Below, piece by piece: positions 16,969-28,283 of a stretch of 55,129 nt of DNA. Made by a program: the position numbers and the translations under genes. Below the pieces are notes generated by a model. The model was not told the DNA's origin. It ran no database searches and worked only from the letters and a program-made list of their open reading frames with translations. The first letter of the stretch is position 1; the number at the start of each line of letters is the position of its first letter. This stretch comes from an uncultured Gammaproteobacteria bacterium (GTDB lineage Bacteria; Patescibacteriota; Microgenomatia; UBA8517). The DNA lies in NCBI GenBank assembly GCA_964357925.1, contig CAYHMW010000005.1, positions 1-55,129 of the forward strand. The letters run 5' to 3'.

Positions 16969-18497
16969 AAAACATCAAAACTTGGATCAGCCAAAATAAA
17001 ACAGAATTTTATATTCTAGTTGCAATATTGCTACTAGCATCATTCCTGCGCCTCTACAGAATCGGTGAATATATGACATTTCTGGGAGACGAAGGCCGCG
17101 ATGCCATTATCGTCTGGAGACTCCTAACAAAAGCCGACCCAATATTGATTGGACCAGGCACTTCAATTGGTAATATGTATCTGGGCCCACTCTACTACTA
17201 CTTTATTGCCCCAAGTCTATTGTTTGCCAATTTCTCACCTATCGGTCCATCAATTTTAATTGCGTTAGTTGGTGTCGCCACTGTATTTCTTGTATGGCTT
17301 GTTTCTCGCGAGTGGTTTGGAAGAGAAGGGGCAAAGGCAGCGGCAATACTTTATGCAATCGCCCCCACAGTAATCATTTATAGTCGCGCTTCATGGAATC
17401 CCAATATAATGCCTTTCTTTGCATTGCTTTCAATTTATTCAATATGGCGAGTTTGGCAAAACCAAGAATCAAAGTGGCTGATAGTCATTGGTGTTTGCAT
17501 CGCATTTGTCCTCCAGTCCCACTACCTCGGCTTATTATTGATCCCCACACTTGGTATTTTCTGGATACTGACTTTTTATAAATTAAGACAAGGAAAAATC
17601 AATCCTAAATACCATATACGATATACAATATACGGAGCAATCCTGTTTGGACTGCTTATGTCTCCCTTGGTTATTTTCGACTTTCGACACAATTTTATTA
17701 ACTACAATGCAATCAAACTTTTCTTCACAGAGCGCCAAACTACAGTGTCGGCGCGTCCTTGGAGTGCACTACCAAACATCTGGCCTCTCCTGCAAGATGT
17801 TGCCACACGTCTTCTTGCTGGTCGGAATGAATGGCTCGGTTCTTGGGTGAGCGTTGGTATGGTAGCCTCACTACTTTTATTAATTAAATCAGAAAGATTT
17901 AAGTTGCAGGACCGATCATTGAAAGCACTCATCCTTATTTTTATTTGGCTCGGAGTTAGTTTAGTTGGTCTTGGAGTTTACAAACAGCACATCTACGATC
18001 ATTACTATGGATTCTTTTTTCCAGCACCATTTTTGCTTTTCGCAGGTGTTGCTCAGACTCTTATCACGCGCGCGAAAATACGCGGACTCTGGCTTGTCTC
18101 AACTGCCATGGTTTTTCTTGTTTACTTCAACATGCTAGATAATCCACTGCAGTATCCACCAAATAGACAGCTCCAAAGGTCTGTCGAAGTGGCAAACAAA
18201 ATAAAAAATGAAGCCAGCGGTCAAAAATTTAATTTGGCTGTAATAGCAGAGAGAAATTATGAAGACGCATATCAGTATTTTCTGGAAAGAGACAAAGCGG
18301 GAGTTGTTGATATCGACCCGCTAAACTATAAAGCAACGAGAACCAATCAGTTATTTGTTGTTTGTGAAATGCCAATGGAGAAATGTAATCCCACGAATAG
18401 TCCCAAGGCAGAAGTTGCTAACTTTGGCTGGAGCAAAATTGAAGAAGATTGGGAAGTCATGGGCGTCACAATCTTCAAATTAGTCCCGGCACAATGA
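16965..18497 (+). CDS. GT-C (ArnT/PMT-like) glycosyltransferase
   Basis: ATGA overlap at 16965; FLGDEGRDA...LIGPGTS...GPLYYY; WNPN. Confidence 0.8.
   Translation: MKNIKTWISQNKTEFYILVAILLLASFLRLYRIGEYMTFLGDEGRDAIIVWRLLTKADPILIGPGTSIGNMYLGPLYYYFIAPSLLFANFSPIGPSILIALVGVATVFLVWLVSREWFGREGAKAAAILYAIAPTVIIYSRASWNPNIMPFFALLSIYSIWRVWQNQESKWLIVIGVCIAFVLQSHYLGLLLIPTLGIFWILTFYKLRQGKINPKYHIRYTIYGAILFGLLMSPLVIFDFRHNFINYNAIKLFFTERQTTVSARPWSALPNIWPLLQDVATRLLAGRNEWLGSWVSVGMVASLLLLIKSERFKLQDRSLKALILIFIWLGVSLVGLGVYKQHIYDHYYGFFFPAPFLLFAGVAQTLITRAKIRGLWLVSTAMVFLVYFNMLDNPLQYPPNRQLQRSVEVANKIKNEASGQKFNLAVIAERNYEDAYQYFLERDKAGVVDIDPLNYKATRTNQLFVVCEMPMEKCNPTNSPKAEVANFGWSKIEEDWEVMGVTIFKLVPAQ
17610..17634. repeat. Heptamer tandem (TACNATA) inside a CDS
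   Basis: TACCATA TACGATA TACAATA TACG, encoding YHIRYTIY. Confidence 0.6.
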
Positions 18498-19477
18498 ACT
18501 ACCCCGAATCGCAACTAATTCTCGAAGAAATCAAAAAAGCCAATAAAATCTTGGTCAACTGCCACAGGAGTCCAGATCCAGATTCCTTCGGCTCTGCTCT
18601 AGCAATGTATGAAGAGTTGTTAAAACTTGGGAACACTGTCGAAATAATTTGTCCAAGCGAAGATTTTATAAACTATGCATTTTTAGACCACTTCAATCAA
18701 ATAAAGTACGTCAAATTCGAAGAATTTAATTTTACAGACTATGATCTCTTGATAGCAATTGACTCTTCAAGTTGGGATCAAGTTACAGATGTGCAAGATT
18801 TTGCCCCTCCAATCAAAACAGTTGTAATTGACCACCACGAAACTAATACAAAATACGGAGCAATTAATTTAGTAATGCCAGATATAAGCTCAGCCGCAGA
18901 AGTAGTTTATGGGGTTTTGGAAGACTGGGGTAGCGAACTAACAAAGTCTCAAGCAAATGCTTTGCTAACCGGAGTTATTGGCGATACTGGTGCGTTTCGT
19001 TACCCTGAAGTAACGGCGACTACACTGAAAATTGCAGGAGAGTTAATAGATCTCGGAGCTAACAAGAACGAAATTATTTTCAATATTTTCAACAATTTAG
19101 ATGAAAAAATGCTGCAATTTTGGGGTCTAGTCCTAACCAATCTAAGAGTTGAGCATGAACATAAATTCGCATGGAGCGCTGTAAGCTACGTTGACTATGC
19201 AAAAATAGAACCTCCACAAAAAACATCTTCAATCACTGCGAATATGTTTTTCGCAAGCATCAGAGACACAAATTTCGGATTTATATTGATAGAATCCCAA
19301 ATAGGAAAACTAGACTTATCACTCAGGGCTCGCACCGATTTTGACACATCAAAAATCGCAGTCGAGCTAGGCGGGGGCGGCCACAAAGCCGCGTCAGGCG
19401 CAGAAATCATCGGTAAAAGTTTCGACGAAGCAGTTAGTTTGGTTTTAGAAACAGCCAAAAAATATGCCAATCAATAA
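18494..19477 (+). CDS. DHH/DHHA1 phosphoesterase (NrnA-like nanoRNase/pAp phosphatase)
   Basis: HRSPDPDSFGS, IDHH, GDTGAF, LSLRAR, GGGGHKAASG. Confidence 0.9.
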   Translation: MNYPESQLILEEIKKANKILVNCHRSPDPDSFGSALAMYEELLKLGNTVEIICPSEDFINYAFLDHFNQIKYVKFEEFNFTDYDLLIAIDSSSWDQVTDVQDFAPPIKTVVIDHHETNTKYGAINLVMPDISSAAEVVYGVLEDWGSELTKSQANALLTGVIGDTGAFRYPEVTATTLKIAGELIDLGANKNEIIFNIFNNLDEKMLQFWGLVLTNLRVEHEHKFAWSAVSYVDYAKIEPPQKTSSITANMFFASIRDTNFGFILIESQIGKLDLSLRARTDFDTSKIAVELGGGGHKAASGAEIIGKSFDEAVSLVLETAKKYANQ

Positions 19478-20993
19478 CACAAAAAATCTTAAATCAGAAA
19501 TCCTAAACAACAAGCTTGTTTATATTCTTTTATCAATTATTTTATTAGTAGGATTTTTCCTTCGTGTCTACCGCATCGACCAAGTTCTTGGTTTTTACTT
19601 TGATCAAGGTCGTGATGCCATGGTCGTCTGGAACCTCATTCACAATGGAAAATTCTTCCTCATCGGCCCGACTACTGGCATCGCCGGAATATTCAGAGGC
19701 CCACTTTATTATTATTTAATTGCCCCATTTTATTTTCTCGGCGGAGGAGACCCAATCTGGCCATCTATATTTTTATCTTTCACAACGATTCTCGCAAATC
19801 TTTTGATGTATTATCTGGGTTTTAAATTCCACTCTCGCGTCGCCGGCCTATTGGCAGCAACGGTTGCAAGCTTTTCTTTTAATATCACAATCGCCAGCCG
19901 CTGGCTCAGTAATCCCACCCCCATGATGCTTTTATCCATGTTGCTGATTTTTTTTATGTACCTGATAAGCAACAAATCCCAAAGTATAAATAAAAATAAA
20001 TACTTCTTAGGGTGGCTATGGGTGGGCTTGGGATTTATTGCAGGTGTATCGTTATTCCATTTCGGCTCCTCCGGCGAATTTTTCTACCTTCCTGCCCTTG
20101 CCATTTTCGCCCTTTGGCAAAGGAGTACCTTAACAATGAAAACGATTATTTTTGCAGGGCTTGCATTTCTGGCAACAGCCTCACCACTTATAATTTTTGA
20201 TCTCCGTCACGAGGGAATTTTGAGAAACAACCTAGTGGGTTTTCTTTTTGGCGAAGAAACTTTCAAATTAACTTTCACAGAAGTTCTCAAAGTTCGCACC
20301 AACTTTTACTACGACGTCTTCAAAAACAAAATATTTCATTCAGTCAGAACTTATGAATGGTGGCTACTCTCCGGAATAACCACAATTTTTTTGTTTAATT
20401 TCAAGGAAATCTGGAAAAAATCCGGCAATAAAATTCTTATGTTAACGCTGGGGTCTCCAATGATCGGACTTTTATTTTTCCAAGGCAATGAAGGCAATAT
20501 TTATGACTATTACATGACAGGCTACTATTTAATTTTCATCTTACTTTTTGGAATAACGCTAGCCACAGTCTGGCGATTTTATTTGGGAAAGGTACTAGTA
20601 CTTTACTTTCTCTATATTTTTTTAAACAACAACGTCCCAATTACTTGGAGTCGCATCAACGATGGATTGGATGGTCCCCACACCATTGCTTTTGGTAATC
20701 AAAAAGAAGCTCTCGATTGGGTGTACAAAGATGCCAAGGGGGAGAATTTTAATACTGACGTTTATGTTCCGCCGGTTATCCCACATGCTTATGACTATTT
20801 GTTTGCATGGTATGAACAAGACCATAATGGCTTAATCTCAGATCATGTCGATCTACTATATACGCTCTACGAAGTTGACCCTCCACATCCTGAGAGATTG
20901 GAAGTGTGGATGGCAAGGCAAAAGGGGATAGGAGAAGTGGAATACGAAAAAAGTTTCGGTGGTATCACTGTTCAAAGAAGACACAGAATCTAG
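19464..20993 (+). CDS. GT-C (ArnT/PMT-like) glycosyltransferase
   Basis: FYFDQGRDA...LIGPTTG...GPLYYY; WLSNP. Confidence 0.8.
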   Translation: MPINNTKNLKSEILNNKLVYILLSIILLVGFFLRVYRIDQVLGFYFDQGRDAMVVWNLIHNGKFFLIGPTTGIAGIFRGPLYYYLIAPFYFLGGGDPIWPSIFLSFTTILANLLMYYLGFKFHSRVAGLLAATVASFSFNITIASRWLSNPTPMMLLSMLLIFFMYLISNKSQSINKNKYFLGWLWVGLGFIAGVSLFHFGSSGEFFYLPALAIFALWQRSTLTMKTIIFAGLAFLATASPLIIFDLRHEGILRNNLVGFLFGEETFKLTFTEVLKVRTNFYYDVFKNKIFHSVRTYEWWLLSGITTIFLFNFKEIWKKSGNKILMLTLGSPMIGLLFFQGNEGNIYDYYMTGYYLIFILLFGITLATVWRFYLGKVLVLYFLYIFLNNNVPITWSRINDGLDGPHTIAFGNQKEALDWVYKDAKGENFNTDVYVPPVIPHAYDYLFAWYEQDHNGLISDHVDLLYTLYEVDPPHPERLEVWMARQKGIGEVEYEKSFGGITVQRRHRI

Positions 20994-22472
20994 ATGTTGA
21001 AATTACTTTTTAAAAAACGAAGTTTGTTTACCATTTTACTTCTTGGTCTCCTCCTTCGTACCTACAACCCAATGGAGCTCTTCCAATATGGTCATGATCA
21101 GGATCTTATTGGCTGGTTTGTTAAAGATATCGTAGTTAATCACAACCTCCGGCTAATTGGTCAACAAACGTCTCAACTGGGAGTTTTTATAGGTCCGCTA
21201 TTTTATTACGTAATTATTCCTTTTTACTTGATTACAAATATGGATCCAATTGGTGGAGTTATTTTTGTTACATTAATCGGCTTGATCACAATTTATAGTT
21301 TCTATTATGTTTTTAAAAACGTGTTCGATGAAAAAACTGGACTGATTGCAGCTGCAATCTATGCTACTAGTTTTTCTACAGTCCTCACAGATCGCGAAGT
21401 GGTACCAACAACTCCAGTTATGCTCTGGTCAATTTGGTTTTTATATGACCTCCACCTTCTACTTAAAGGAAAATTTAAATTCGGCCTTCCACTCCTTGGA
21501 GTGCTTGTTGGTTTAATCTGGCACATTAATATGGGCTTGGCCCTTCTCACGCCAGTTGCAGTTTTAGCAATTATTTTAAGTAAAAAGCTACCAAAGCCCA
21601 AAACTGCAATATTGTCCCTTTCACTTTTCTTGCTGTTATCCGCCCCGTTAATACTTTTTGAGCTTCGCCACAATTTCCTTCAAAGCCACGCAATAATAAG
21701 CTCCTTAGCTGGTAATTCAACTGGAGGGTCAGTCCAAGCACCCTCAGAAAAAATATATCGAGTAGCCCAGCTAGTTAACGCAAATATTAAAAACTTGCTA
21801 TGGGGATCAGTTATTGATCTACCTGAAAAATATCATTATTTGCTACCCGCCATATTATTTGCTGGCCTGGCCTTCTTTAAAAAAATAAACAAAAAATTAG
21901 CACTATTACTTGCACTCTGGGTGTCATTATTTGTAGTATTTTTAACCTTTAACTCAATAATAATCTCCGAATACTACCTTAATAGCATTAACGTAGTTTG
22001 GACTTTGCTTCTAAGTCTGCTAGTTAATTGGATAATTTCTTCCAGATACAAAAATTTTGGTGTACTAATCCTTGCAATATTTATTAGCCTAAACATAAAT
22101 AGGTTTATTAAGCTACCAATAAACAAAAGCGGCTATATAGAGCGAAAAGCTATTGTTGCAGAAATTGCCAGAGATTCCAGAGAGCGAGGTTACCCCTGCG
22201 TCGCAGCCAGTTATATTGTAAGCCCCGGCCGCGATCTTGGTTATAGATATTTTTTCTGGCTACAGGATCTTCATGTTAACTCTCCTAAGTCTTTGGCACC
22301 AGTTTACTCAATAGTCTTTCCTCACAGCTTGGTCGATAGCATTGATAAGAGTTTTGGTGCTTTGGGACTTATTTATCCTGATTACGATCGCTACACAAAG
22401 GATGGAGTGGCAAATTCTTGCAGTGGTGACAATTCTAACCTCACCGATCCACTTTTCGGGTATACTAATTAA
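20994..22472 (+). CDS. GT-C (ArnT/PMT-like) glycosyltransferase
   Basis: YGHDQD...LIGQQTS...GPLFYY; FELRHNF. Confidence 0.78.
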   Translation: MLKLLFKKRSLFTILLLGLLLRTYNPMELFQYGHDQDLIGWFVKDIVVNHNLRLIGQQTSQLGVFIGPLFYYVIIPFYLITNMDPIGGVIFVTLIGLITIYSFYYVFKNVFDEKTGLIAAAIYATSFSTVLTDREVVPTTPVMLWSIWFLYDLHLLLKGKFKFGLPLLGVLVGLIWHINMGLALLTPVAVLAIILSKKLPKPKTAILSLSLFLLLSAPLILFELRHNFLQSHAIISSLAGNSTGGSVQAPSEKIYRVAQLVNANIKNLLWGSVIDLPEKYHYLLPAILFAGLAFFKKINKKLALLLALWVSLFVVFLTFNSIIISEYYLNSINVVWTLLLSLLVNWIISSRYKNFGVLILAIFISLNINRFIKLPINKSGYIERKAIVAEIARDSRERGYPCVAASYIVSPGRDLGYRYFFWLQDLHVNSPKSLAPVYSIVFPHSLVDSIDKSFGALGLIYPDYDRYTKDGVANSCSGDNSNLTDPLFGYTN

Positions 22473-22475
22473 GCA

Positions 22476-23237
22476 ATGAAAAAAAGCATTTATTTAACCG
22501 TAGTAATTCCTGCGTTTAATGAAATAAATAACCTCAAGAAAGGCGTACTTGAAGATGTCTACGAATACTTGCACAAGCAAGATTACACATGGGAGGTACT
22601 TGTCGTTGACGATGGTTCGACTGACACAACGTCGGTAGAAGTTGGCAAGTTCGCAAGCCGTCATAAAAACTTTACCCTTTTAAAGGAACCCCACCGAGGT
22701 AAGGCAGGCACTGTAATTGCAGGGATGCTCAAAGGGAGCGGGAAAAATATTGTATTTATTGATATGGATATGGCAACGCCAATTGAGGAGCTCGAACACC
22801 TTCTCCCAAAACTTGACGCAGGCTATGACATCGCAATAGGTAGTAGGTCAGGCAGAAAAGGTGCTCCAATCGTAAGAAAACTTATGGCATACGGCTTTAC
22901 GGTTTTACGATTCTTAATACTTCGGCTGCCTTTTAGAGACACCCAATGTGGCTTCAAAGGATTCTCAAGAAAAGCCACTCAAACTATATTCCAAAGAATG
23001 TTAGTTTACACAAAAGAGCAGTCCATAAAAGGCTCTGCCGTAACTGCTGGTTTCGATCTGGAAGTGTTATATGTCGCAAGAAAACTCGGCTTTAAGGTTG
23101 CCGAAGTTCCTGTTAACTGGCACGACGCAGGAGATAGAGGAGGCCACGGAGTGAACCCACTGAAAGATTCCTGGCAGGGACTCATCGGCCTGTTGCAAGT
23201 TCGCAAAAACGCCCTACTTGGAAAATATAAAATCTAA
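22476..23237 (+). CDS. GT2, polyprenyl-phosphate glucosyltransferase-like (Alg5/DPG synthase type)
   Basis: IPAFNE, VDDGSTD, HRGKAG, FIDMDMATP, DTQCGFK, FDLEVL, EVPVNW. Confidence 0.85.
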   Translation: MKKSIYLTVVIPAFNEINNLKKGVLEDVYEYLHKQDYTWEVLVVDDGSTDTTSVEVGKFASRHKNFTLLKEPHRGKAGTVIAGMLKGSGKNIVFIDMDMATPIEELEHLLPKLDAGYDIAIGSRSGRKGAPIVRKLMAYGFTVLRFLILRLPFRDTQCGFKGFSRKATQTIFQRMLVYTKEQSIKGSAVTAGFDLEVLYVARKLGFKVAEVPVNWHDAGDRGGHGVNPLKDSWQGLIGLLQVRKNALLGKYKI

Positions 23238-23239
23238 TT

Positions 23240-24880
23240 ATGCCAATTAAAAAGCTGCTCCATGAATGGAAATCAGTTCTGATTTTTGCTCCGCTAATTC
23301 TTGGATTGGGAATATTTCTACGAACTTACAAGCTCGACACAATTCCCGTCTTTGTAGATGAGGCAATTTATGTCCGTTGGGCTCAAGTAATGAAGGCAGA
23401 GTCCACACTCCGATTCCTTCCGCTTTCAGATGGCAAACAGCCCCTTTTTATGTGGTCAATAATTCCAGCTCTTGGTGTCATTAACGATCCCCTGATCGCC
23501 GGTCGGCTTGTATCAGTCGCAGCTGGTGTCGGGTCTATTGTTGGTGTTTTTGCAATTGCGCAAGTCTTGTTCAATGACAAAAGAGTTAGCCTGTTTTCCA
23601 GCTTTATCTATACAATGTCGCCATTCACAGTATTTTTTGACCGGATGGCACTTGCCGATTCCACGCTCACCTTCTTTGGAATTTGGACTTTATTTTTTGC
23701 AATTCTTACGGCCAAATATGAAAGGCTCGATACAGCTATGCTAGCAGGTTTCGCTCTTGGAGGCGCATCCCTCACAAAGTCTCCAGCATTGTTTTTCGCA
23801 TTACTTTTGCCATCAACAATAGTAGTTTTTGATTGGGACAAAAAGAAAAATAGACCACTTCGTTTAATTAAACTAGTTGGTCTGTGGGCCATTACATGGG
23901 GGCTTGCCTTTGGGTTTTATAACATCCTAAGGCTTGGCCCCAATTTCCATATGATTAGTTTACGAAATAACGACTATGTGTTTCCAATTAGTCATATTTG
24001 GGAAAATCCGAGAGACCCATTCATGCCGCATTTTGACAGAGGGTTGGAATGGATACAAATGCTTGGCCCAAGCACAATAATATTCCTTGCAGTTTTTGGC
24101 TTTATTGAAAATTTCAAAAAATATTGGAGACAAACATTTCTTTTACTGCTTTGGGGGATTGCCCCTATTGCAATACAGTCGGAATTTGCAAAAGTTTTTA
24201 CAGCACGTTATATCCTTTTTTCAATCCCTTACCTGCTGATATTGGCGGGAACCGCAACTTTAACATTCCGCACATTTGCTAAAAAAAGCTACGTCAGGAA
24301 GTATCTCTTTCCACTCTTTGTACTTATGGTGGCTCTGCAAGCGTTAGCTTTCCACTACACATTATTCACAAATAAAGAAGAGGCGATACTTCCGCGTAGT
24401 GAACGTTCAGGGTATCTGGAGGAGTGGACAGCCGGCACAGGCATAAAAGAAGCTGCAGATTTTTTAATTTCAGAAAGTACTAAATTTCCAGATACCCATA
24501 TAGTTGTCGGCACAGAAGGCTATTTCGGCACACTCCCCGACGGACTTCAAATTTACACGCAAAACCTGACCGGTGTAACAGTCATCGGAGTCGGTCTTGG
24601 TATAAATGGTATTCACCCAAGCCTGGCCGAATCAAAAGACGCAGGCAACAAAACTTATTTGTTAGCAAACTCATCCCGACTCGACTTCATAGGCTTTCAA
24701 AACTGCTCAGCCGGTCTTGACTACAAAGACGTAGCATGTGAGGAAAAGATCATCAACGCCAACGGCTTTAATGTTATAGAGAAATACAAAAAAGCTAATC
24801 GACCAATGGGCATGAGAGAGCAAATACATCATGGCCCATATGATTATTTATATCTCCTGGAAGTTAAAGGAGAAGAGTAA
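23240..24880 (+). CDS. GT-C (ArnT/PMT-like) glycosyltransferase
   Basis: PVFVDEAIYVRWAQ, DGKQPLF, FFDRMALAD, TARY. Confidence 0.8.
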   Translation: MPIKKLLHEWKSVLIFAPLILGLGIFLRTYKLDTIPVFVDEAIYVRWAQVMKAESTLRFLPLSDGKQPLFMWSIIPALGVINDPLIAGRLVSVAAGVGSIVGVFAIAQVLFNDKRVSLFSSFIYTMSPFTVFFDRMALADSTLTFFGIWTLFFAILTAKYERLDTAMLAGFALGGASLTKSPALFFALLLPSTIVVFDWDKKKNRPLRLIKLVGLWAITWGLAFGFYNILRLGPNFHMISLRNNDYVFPISHIWENPRDPFMPHFDRGLEWIQMLGPSTIIFLAVFGFIENFKKYWRQTFLLLLWGIAPIAIQSEFAKVFTARYILFSIPYLLILAGTATLTFRTFAKKSYVRKYLFPLFVLMVALQALAFHYTLFTNKEEAILPRSERSGYLEEWTAGTGIKEAADFLISESTKFPDTHIVVGTEGYFGTLPDGLQIYTQNLTGVTVIGVGLGINGIHPSLAESKDAGNKTYLLANSSRLDFIGFQNCSAGLDYKDVACEEKIINANGFNVIEKYKKANRPMGMREQIHHGPYDYLYLLEVKGEE

Positions 24881-24907
24881 CCCCTATTATGTGTTAATAT
24901 CTTATTT

Positions 24908-26632
24908 ATGAAAAGACTGTTTGATCTCTTAAAACTCTACACACGTCCAGACTTCTGGCCAATATTAACAGTTATCGTCGCAGCTCTTCTAGCCGGAAGG
25001 GGACTGATGGGGGAGGGATACTTCAACATGCATGATGATCTCCAAATGATGCGCCAACTTGAGATGGAGAAGTGCTTTTTGGATCTCCAGATTCCATGCC
25101 GTTGGGTACCTGATATGGGCTACGGTTTTGGCTACCCATTGTTTAATTATTACCCGCCTCTCCCCTATTTGGTTGGACAGGGGATAAGGCTACTGGGCTT
25201 CGCTTTCACAGATACAGCTAAAATATTATTTATTTTATCCTTTGTAGTTTCCGGCTTAACAATGTATATGCTGGCTAAAGAATTTTTTGGCCGCATCGCA
25301 GGTACACTTTCGGCTGTGTTTTATATTTGGGCTCCCTACCACGCAGTCGATGTTTACGTCAGAGGAGCTATGAACGAATCGTGGGGACTGATGTGGTTTC
25401 CACTCATATTATGGTCGGGTTACAGATTAATTATCGAGAAGAAAAACAACCATTATTGGATCCTTGTCCTTTCCCTATCCTGGTTCGCCCTATTTACGTC
25501 GCACAATCTTATGGTTCTCATCTTCGGTCCAGTTTTTGCGCTCTGGCTCATGCTTTGGATGTTTGTGACAAAAAATTGGAACAAAATCCCCCAACTCGCG
25601 CTTGCAGGAATTTGGTCGTTTGGCTTGGCAGCTTTTTTTACTCTGCCAGTATTTATGGAAAAGGGTATTGTGCAAACCAATACTCTGGTCAAAGGCTATT
25701 ATGAATATACAGCACATTTTGTTAGCATACCCCAGCTTTTTACTTCAAGATTCTGGGGCTATGGCCCATCAGTTTGGAACACAACAGATGATGGCATGCC
25801 GTTCCAAATCGGCTGGCCGTTATGGGGAACAGCAGTTCTTGTTGGTATCTTTATCCTTCTCCGGCTATATAAAGCTAAAAAAATCGATCCCGTTCTACTT
25901 CCTACCATCTACATGTTACTAATCGGTGGCTTTGCAACCTTCATGACCCACAACAAATCCACTCCAATTTGGCAAGCTATTAAACCTCTTGAATTTGTTC
26001 AATTTCCCTGGAGGTTCCTTACAATAACAATATTAGGGTTAAGCTTTTCAGTAGGATATATAGAATCTGTCGCGCCAAAGGCTTTAAAAGCAGGTCTAGT
26101 CTCCCTCCTAATCGCTTTTGCCATCGGTTACAGCTTTAACTACTTTAAACCTGAACATGGTAAGCTTGGACCCCTCACAGACAATCAAAAATTCACCGCC
26201 GCAGCTTGGGATCTACAACAAACAGCTGGAATATATGATTACTTACCCAATACCGCGAAAACCGCACCAAAAGCACCACAAGTTCACTTAGCAGAGATTG
26301 TAAAAGGGGAGGGCGTTGTAACAACGGCTATACAAGGCACTGACTGGGGCATTGTAAAACTAGATCTAGCCGAAGATTCAATGATAAGATTAGGAATCCT
26401 CCAATTCCCAGACTGGCAAGTCCGCGTCGATGGAGTTTTGGTCAATGACTATGTGTCAGAAGATGAACAATGGGGTCGAATCTACTTTGACGCTCCCAAA
26501 GGTGAGCATACAGTTGAAATAAACCTAAAAAGCACCCCGCCTCGGACTATTGGCAATGTGGTAAGCACCCTCTCCTGGCTTCTGGTTTTGGGTTCAGTTG
26601 TAGAATTGAAGCAAAAAAAGAAAGTTAGTTAG
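24908..26632 (+). CDS. YfhO-like / PTPS-related-domain GT-C membrane protein
   Basis: HDD...RWVPDMGYGFGYPLFNYYPPLPY, YVRGAMNE, QFPWRFL, C-terminal FPDWQVRVDG. Confidence 0.78.
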   Translation: MKRLFDLLKLYTRPDFWPILTVIVAALLAGRGLMGEGYFNMHDDLQMMRQLEMEKCFLDLQIPCRWVPDMGYGFGYPLFNYYPPLPYLVGQGIRLLGFAFTDTAKILFILSFVVSGLTMYMLAKEFFGRIAGTLSAVFYIWAPYHAVDVYVRGAMNESWGLMWFPLILWSGYRLIIEKKNNHYWILVLSLSWFALFTSHNLMVLIFGPVFALWLMLWMFVTKNWNKIPQLALAGIWSFGLAAFFTLPVFMEKGIVQTNTLVKGYYEYTAHFVSIPQLFTSRFWGYGPSVWNTTDDGMPFQIGWPLWGTAVLVGIFILLRLYKAKKIDPVLLPTIYMLLIGGFATFMTHNKSTPIWQAIKPLEFVQFPWRFLTITILGLSFSVGYIESVAPKALKAGLVSLLIAFAIGYSFNYFKPEHGKLGPLTDNQKFTAAAWDLQQTAGIYDYLPNTAKTAPKAPQVHLAEIVKGEGVVTTAIQGTDWGIVKLDLAEDSMIRLGILQFPDWQVRVDGVLVNDYVSEDEQWGRIYFDAPKGEHTVEINLKSTPPRTIGNVVSTLSWLLVLGSVVELKQKKKVS

Positions 26633-28283
26633 TCTTTACAATTCTATAGGCAACATCACCATTTGGATACAAGACCTCTCTTATTAAATGTAATTGATGC
26701 TCAGCTATTTGGCCTTTTGAAATTGCCAGTTCGTCTCCAATTAAATACTGCTCGACCATCAAATCGCGCCCCCAATTAATTTCCCTGGTTGTGATCTTTC
26801 CAATTTTTTTATCCCGTACTCTACTCATGCTTGTGTAATATTGATCCGGATGCACTTCAAAATTGTCTCTCTGATAAGTTGCAGGGTCATGTTTTAAGAA
26901 AAGCAGAATCTGGGCATATGGTTCAAATCTGTTGTTATCAATAACAATAGGAAGTTCATCATCAAAACTTTTTATAACTTGAACCACCTGCTCCCATCCA
27001 TAATCCCAATAGTAACCTCTGTAGTGCTCATTAAGAATAATTGCACTGCTCCACAATTTAGCTAACGAATAAATAACAACAGCAATTCCAAATAAATGAA
27101 TCACCAAACTAAACCGGCTGAGTCGAAAGTATTTATAAAGATAAATCATCCCTAAAGCAATAACTATCAACTGAGGTATGACAAGTGGAAGTGCCCGGAT
27201 TGAGGCATACGGATCACGAGTCAAGGCAGCTGGGATTGGACCAATCAATAAAAAAGCAATCGTAAAAATCCTTAACTCTCCTAATGACTTTTCTTTAACT
27301 AAAATGTAAAGTCCGTAAACATAAAAAGGCAATTGCCAAACAAAATAAGTTGCTATGTCAGGAAAAGAGCTCCTCGGGCCAAAATCACCAAGGTTAAACA
27401 TATTTCTAGGTGTCAGATAAGCAATATAAAGCGAAAAAAATTCCTGAAACCACAATAAATACTTAAAATTTACAATTGCACCGATCAACCCGTCGACATC
27501 AGAAATGTATCCATAAGGGGTGCCCGCTGAAATAATATTAAGGCCTGAAGCTCGGGCTAAAAATCCAGGTGTAGCCATAACATAAATTGTTGGCAAGGAA
27601 ACAAGTACACCTAATATTAACGCAGCAATCAGATAGCTCTTGCCTTTTTGATTGAAGATTTGTTTTCTATACCTTAAAGATAAGACCATCAAGAGTAGTG
27701 GTGTTATCACTCTTTGCGAATGATATGCAGGGACTGCAACCCCAAGGAGAATTGCAGCAACAGAGAACCATTTTGGTTTAGATAAAGCTCTATAAAAAAA
27801 GTAAAAACCAGAAATCAAAAAGAAGAGTGCAACATTGGTTTCAAAATCTGTTCTTCCAAAAAGAACATGCCAGGGTGAAAAAGACAGAAGAAAAACAGTC
27901 ACAAGTCCTAATGTCACACCGATTTTCTTTGGAGAAAAATCCCGAATTAGTAAATATAAAAAAGGAATAGTAAGAAGACTGAATATGAATGATGGTAACC
28001 GAACAGTAAATATTGTTAAATCAAATATTGCTATGAGTGGAACCAAGAGGTATATGTAAACTGGAGTTTTAAAATCGATAAATGATCGGAAAACAATTGG
28101 AAAAGATTTTCCAAATTCATCACGTCCAGTAAGTAGGATCGAATACGCATTCCATCCCTGTGCTGCCTCATCTACATAAATTCCCGCAGGAGCATCTCCC
28201 AGCATAAAGAACCGAGTAGCAACAGCAATCAATATGCTTATTCCAAAGACGACAGCCACCTTAAATCTTATTAAATTACGCAT
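26625..28283 (-). CDS. GT-C (ArnT/PMT-like) glycosyltransferase
   Basis: YVDEAAQGWNAYSILLTGRDEFG...DFKTPVY, SPWH. Start MRNL at 28283 overlaps the upstream stop. Confidence 0.82.
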   Translation of the reverse strand: MRNLIRFKVAVVFGISILIAVATRFFMLGDAPAGIYVDEAAQGWNAYSILLTGRDEFGKSFPIVFRSFIDFKTPVYIYLLVPLIAIFDLTIFTVRLPSFIFSLLTIPFLYLLIRDFSPKKIGVTLGLVTVFLLSFSPWHVLFGRTDFETNVALFFLISGFYFFYRALSKPKWFSVAAILLGVAVPAYHSQRVITPLLLMVLSLRYRKQIFNQKGKSYLIAALILGVLVSLPTIYVMATPGFLARASGLNIISAGTPYGYISDVDGLIGAIVNFKYLLWFQEFFSLYIAYLTPRNMFNLGDFGPRSSFPDIATYFVWQLPFYVYGLYILVKEKSLGELRIFTIAFLLIGPIPAALTRDPYASIRALPLVIPQLIVIALGMIYLYKYFRLSRFSLVIHLFGIAVVIYSLAKLWSSAIILNEHYRGYYWDYGWEQVVQVIKSFDDELPIVIDNNRFEPYAQILLFLKHDPATYQRDNFEVHPDQYYTSMSRVRDKKIGKITTREINWGRDLMVEQYLIGDELAISKGQIAEHQLHLIREVLYPNGDVAYRIVKTN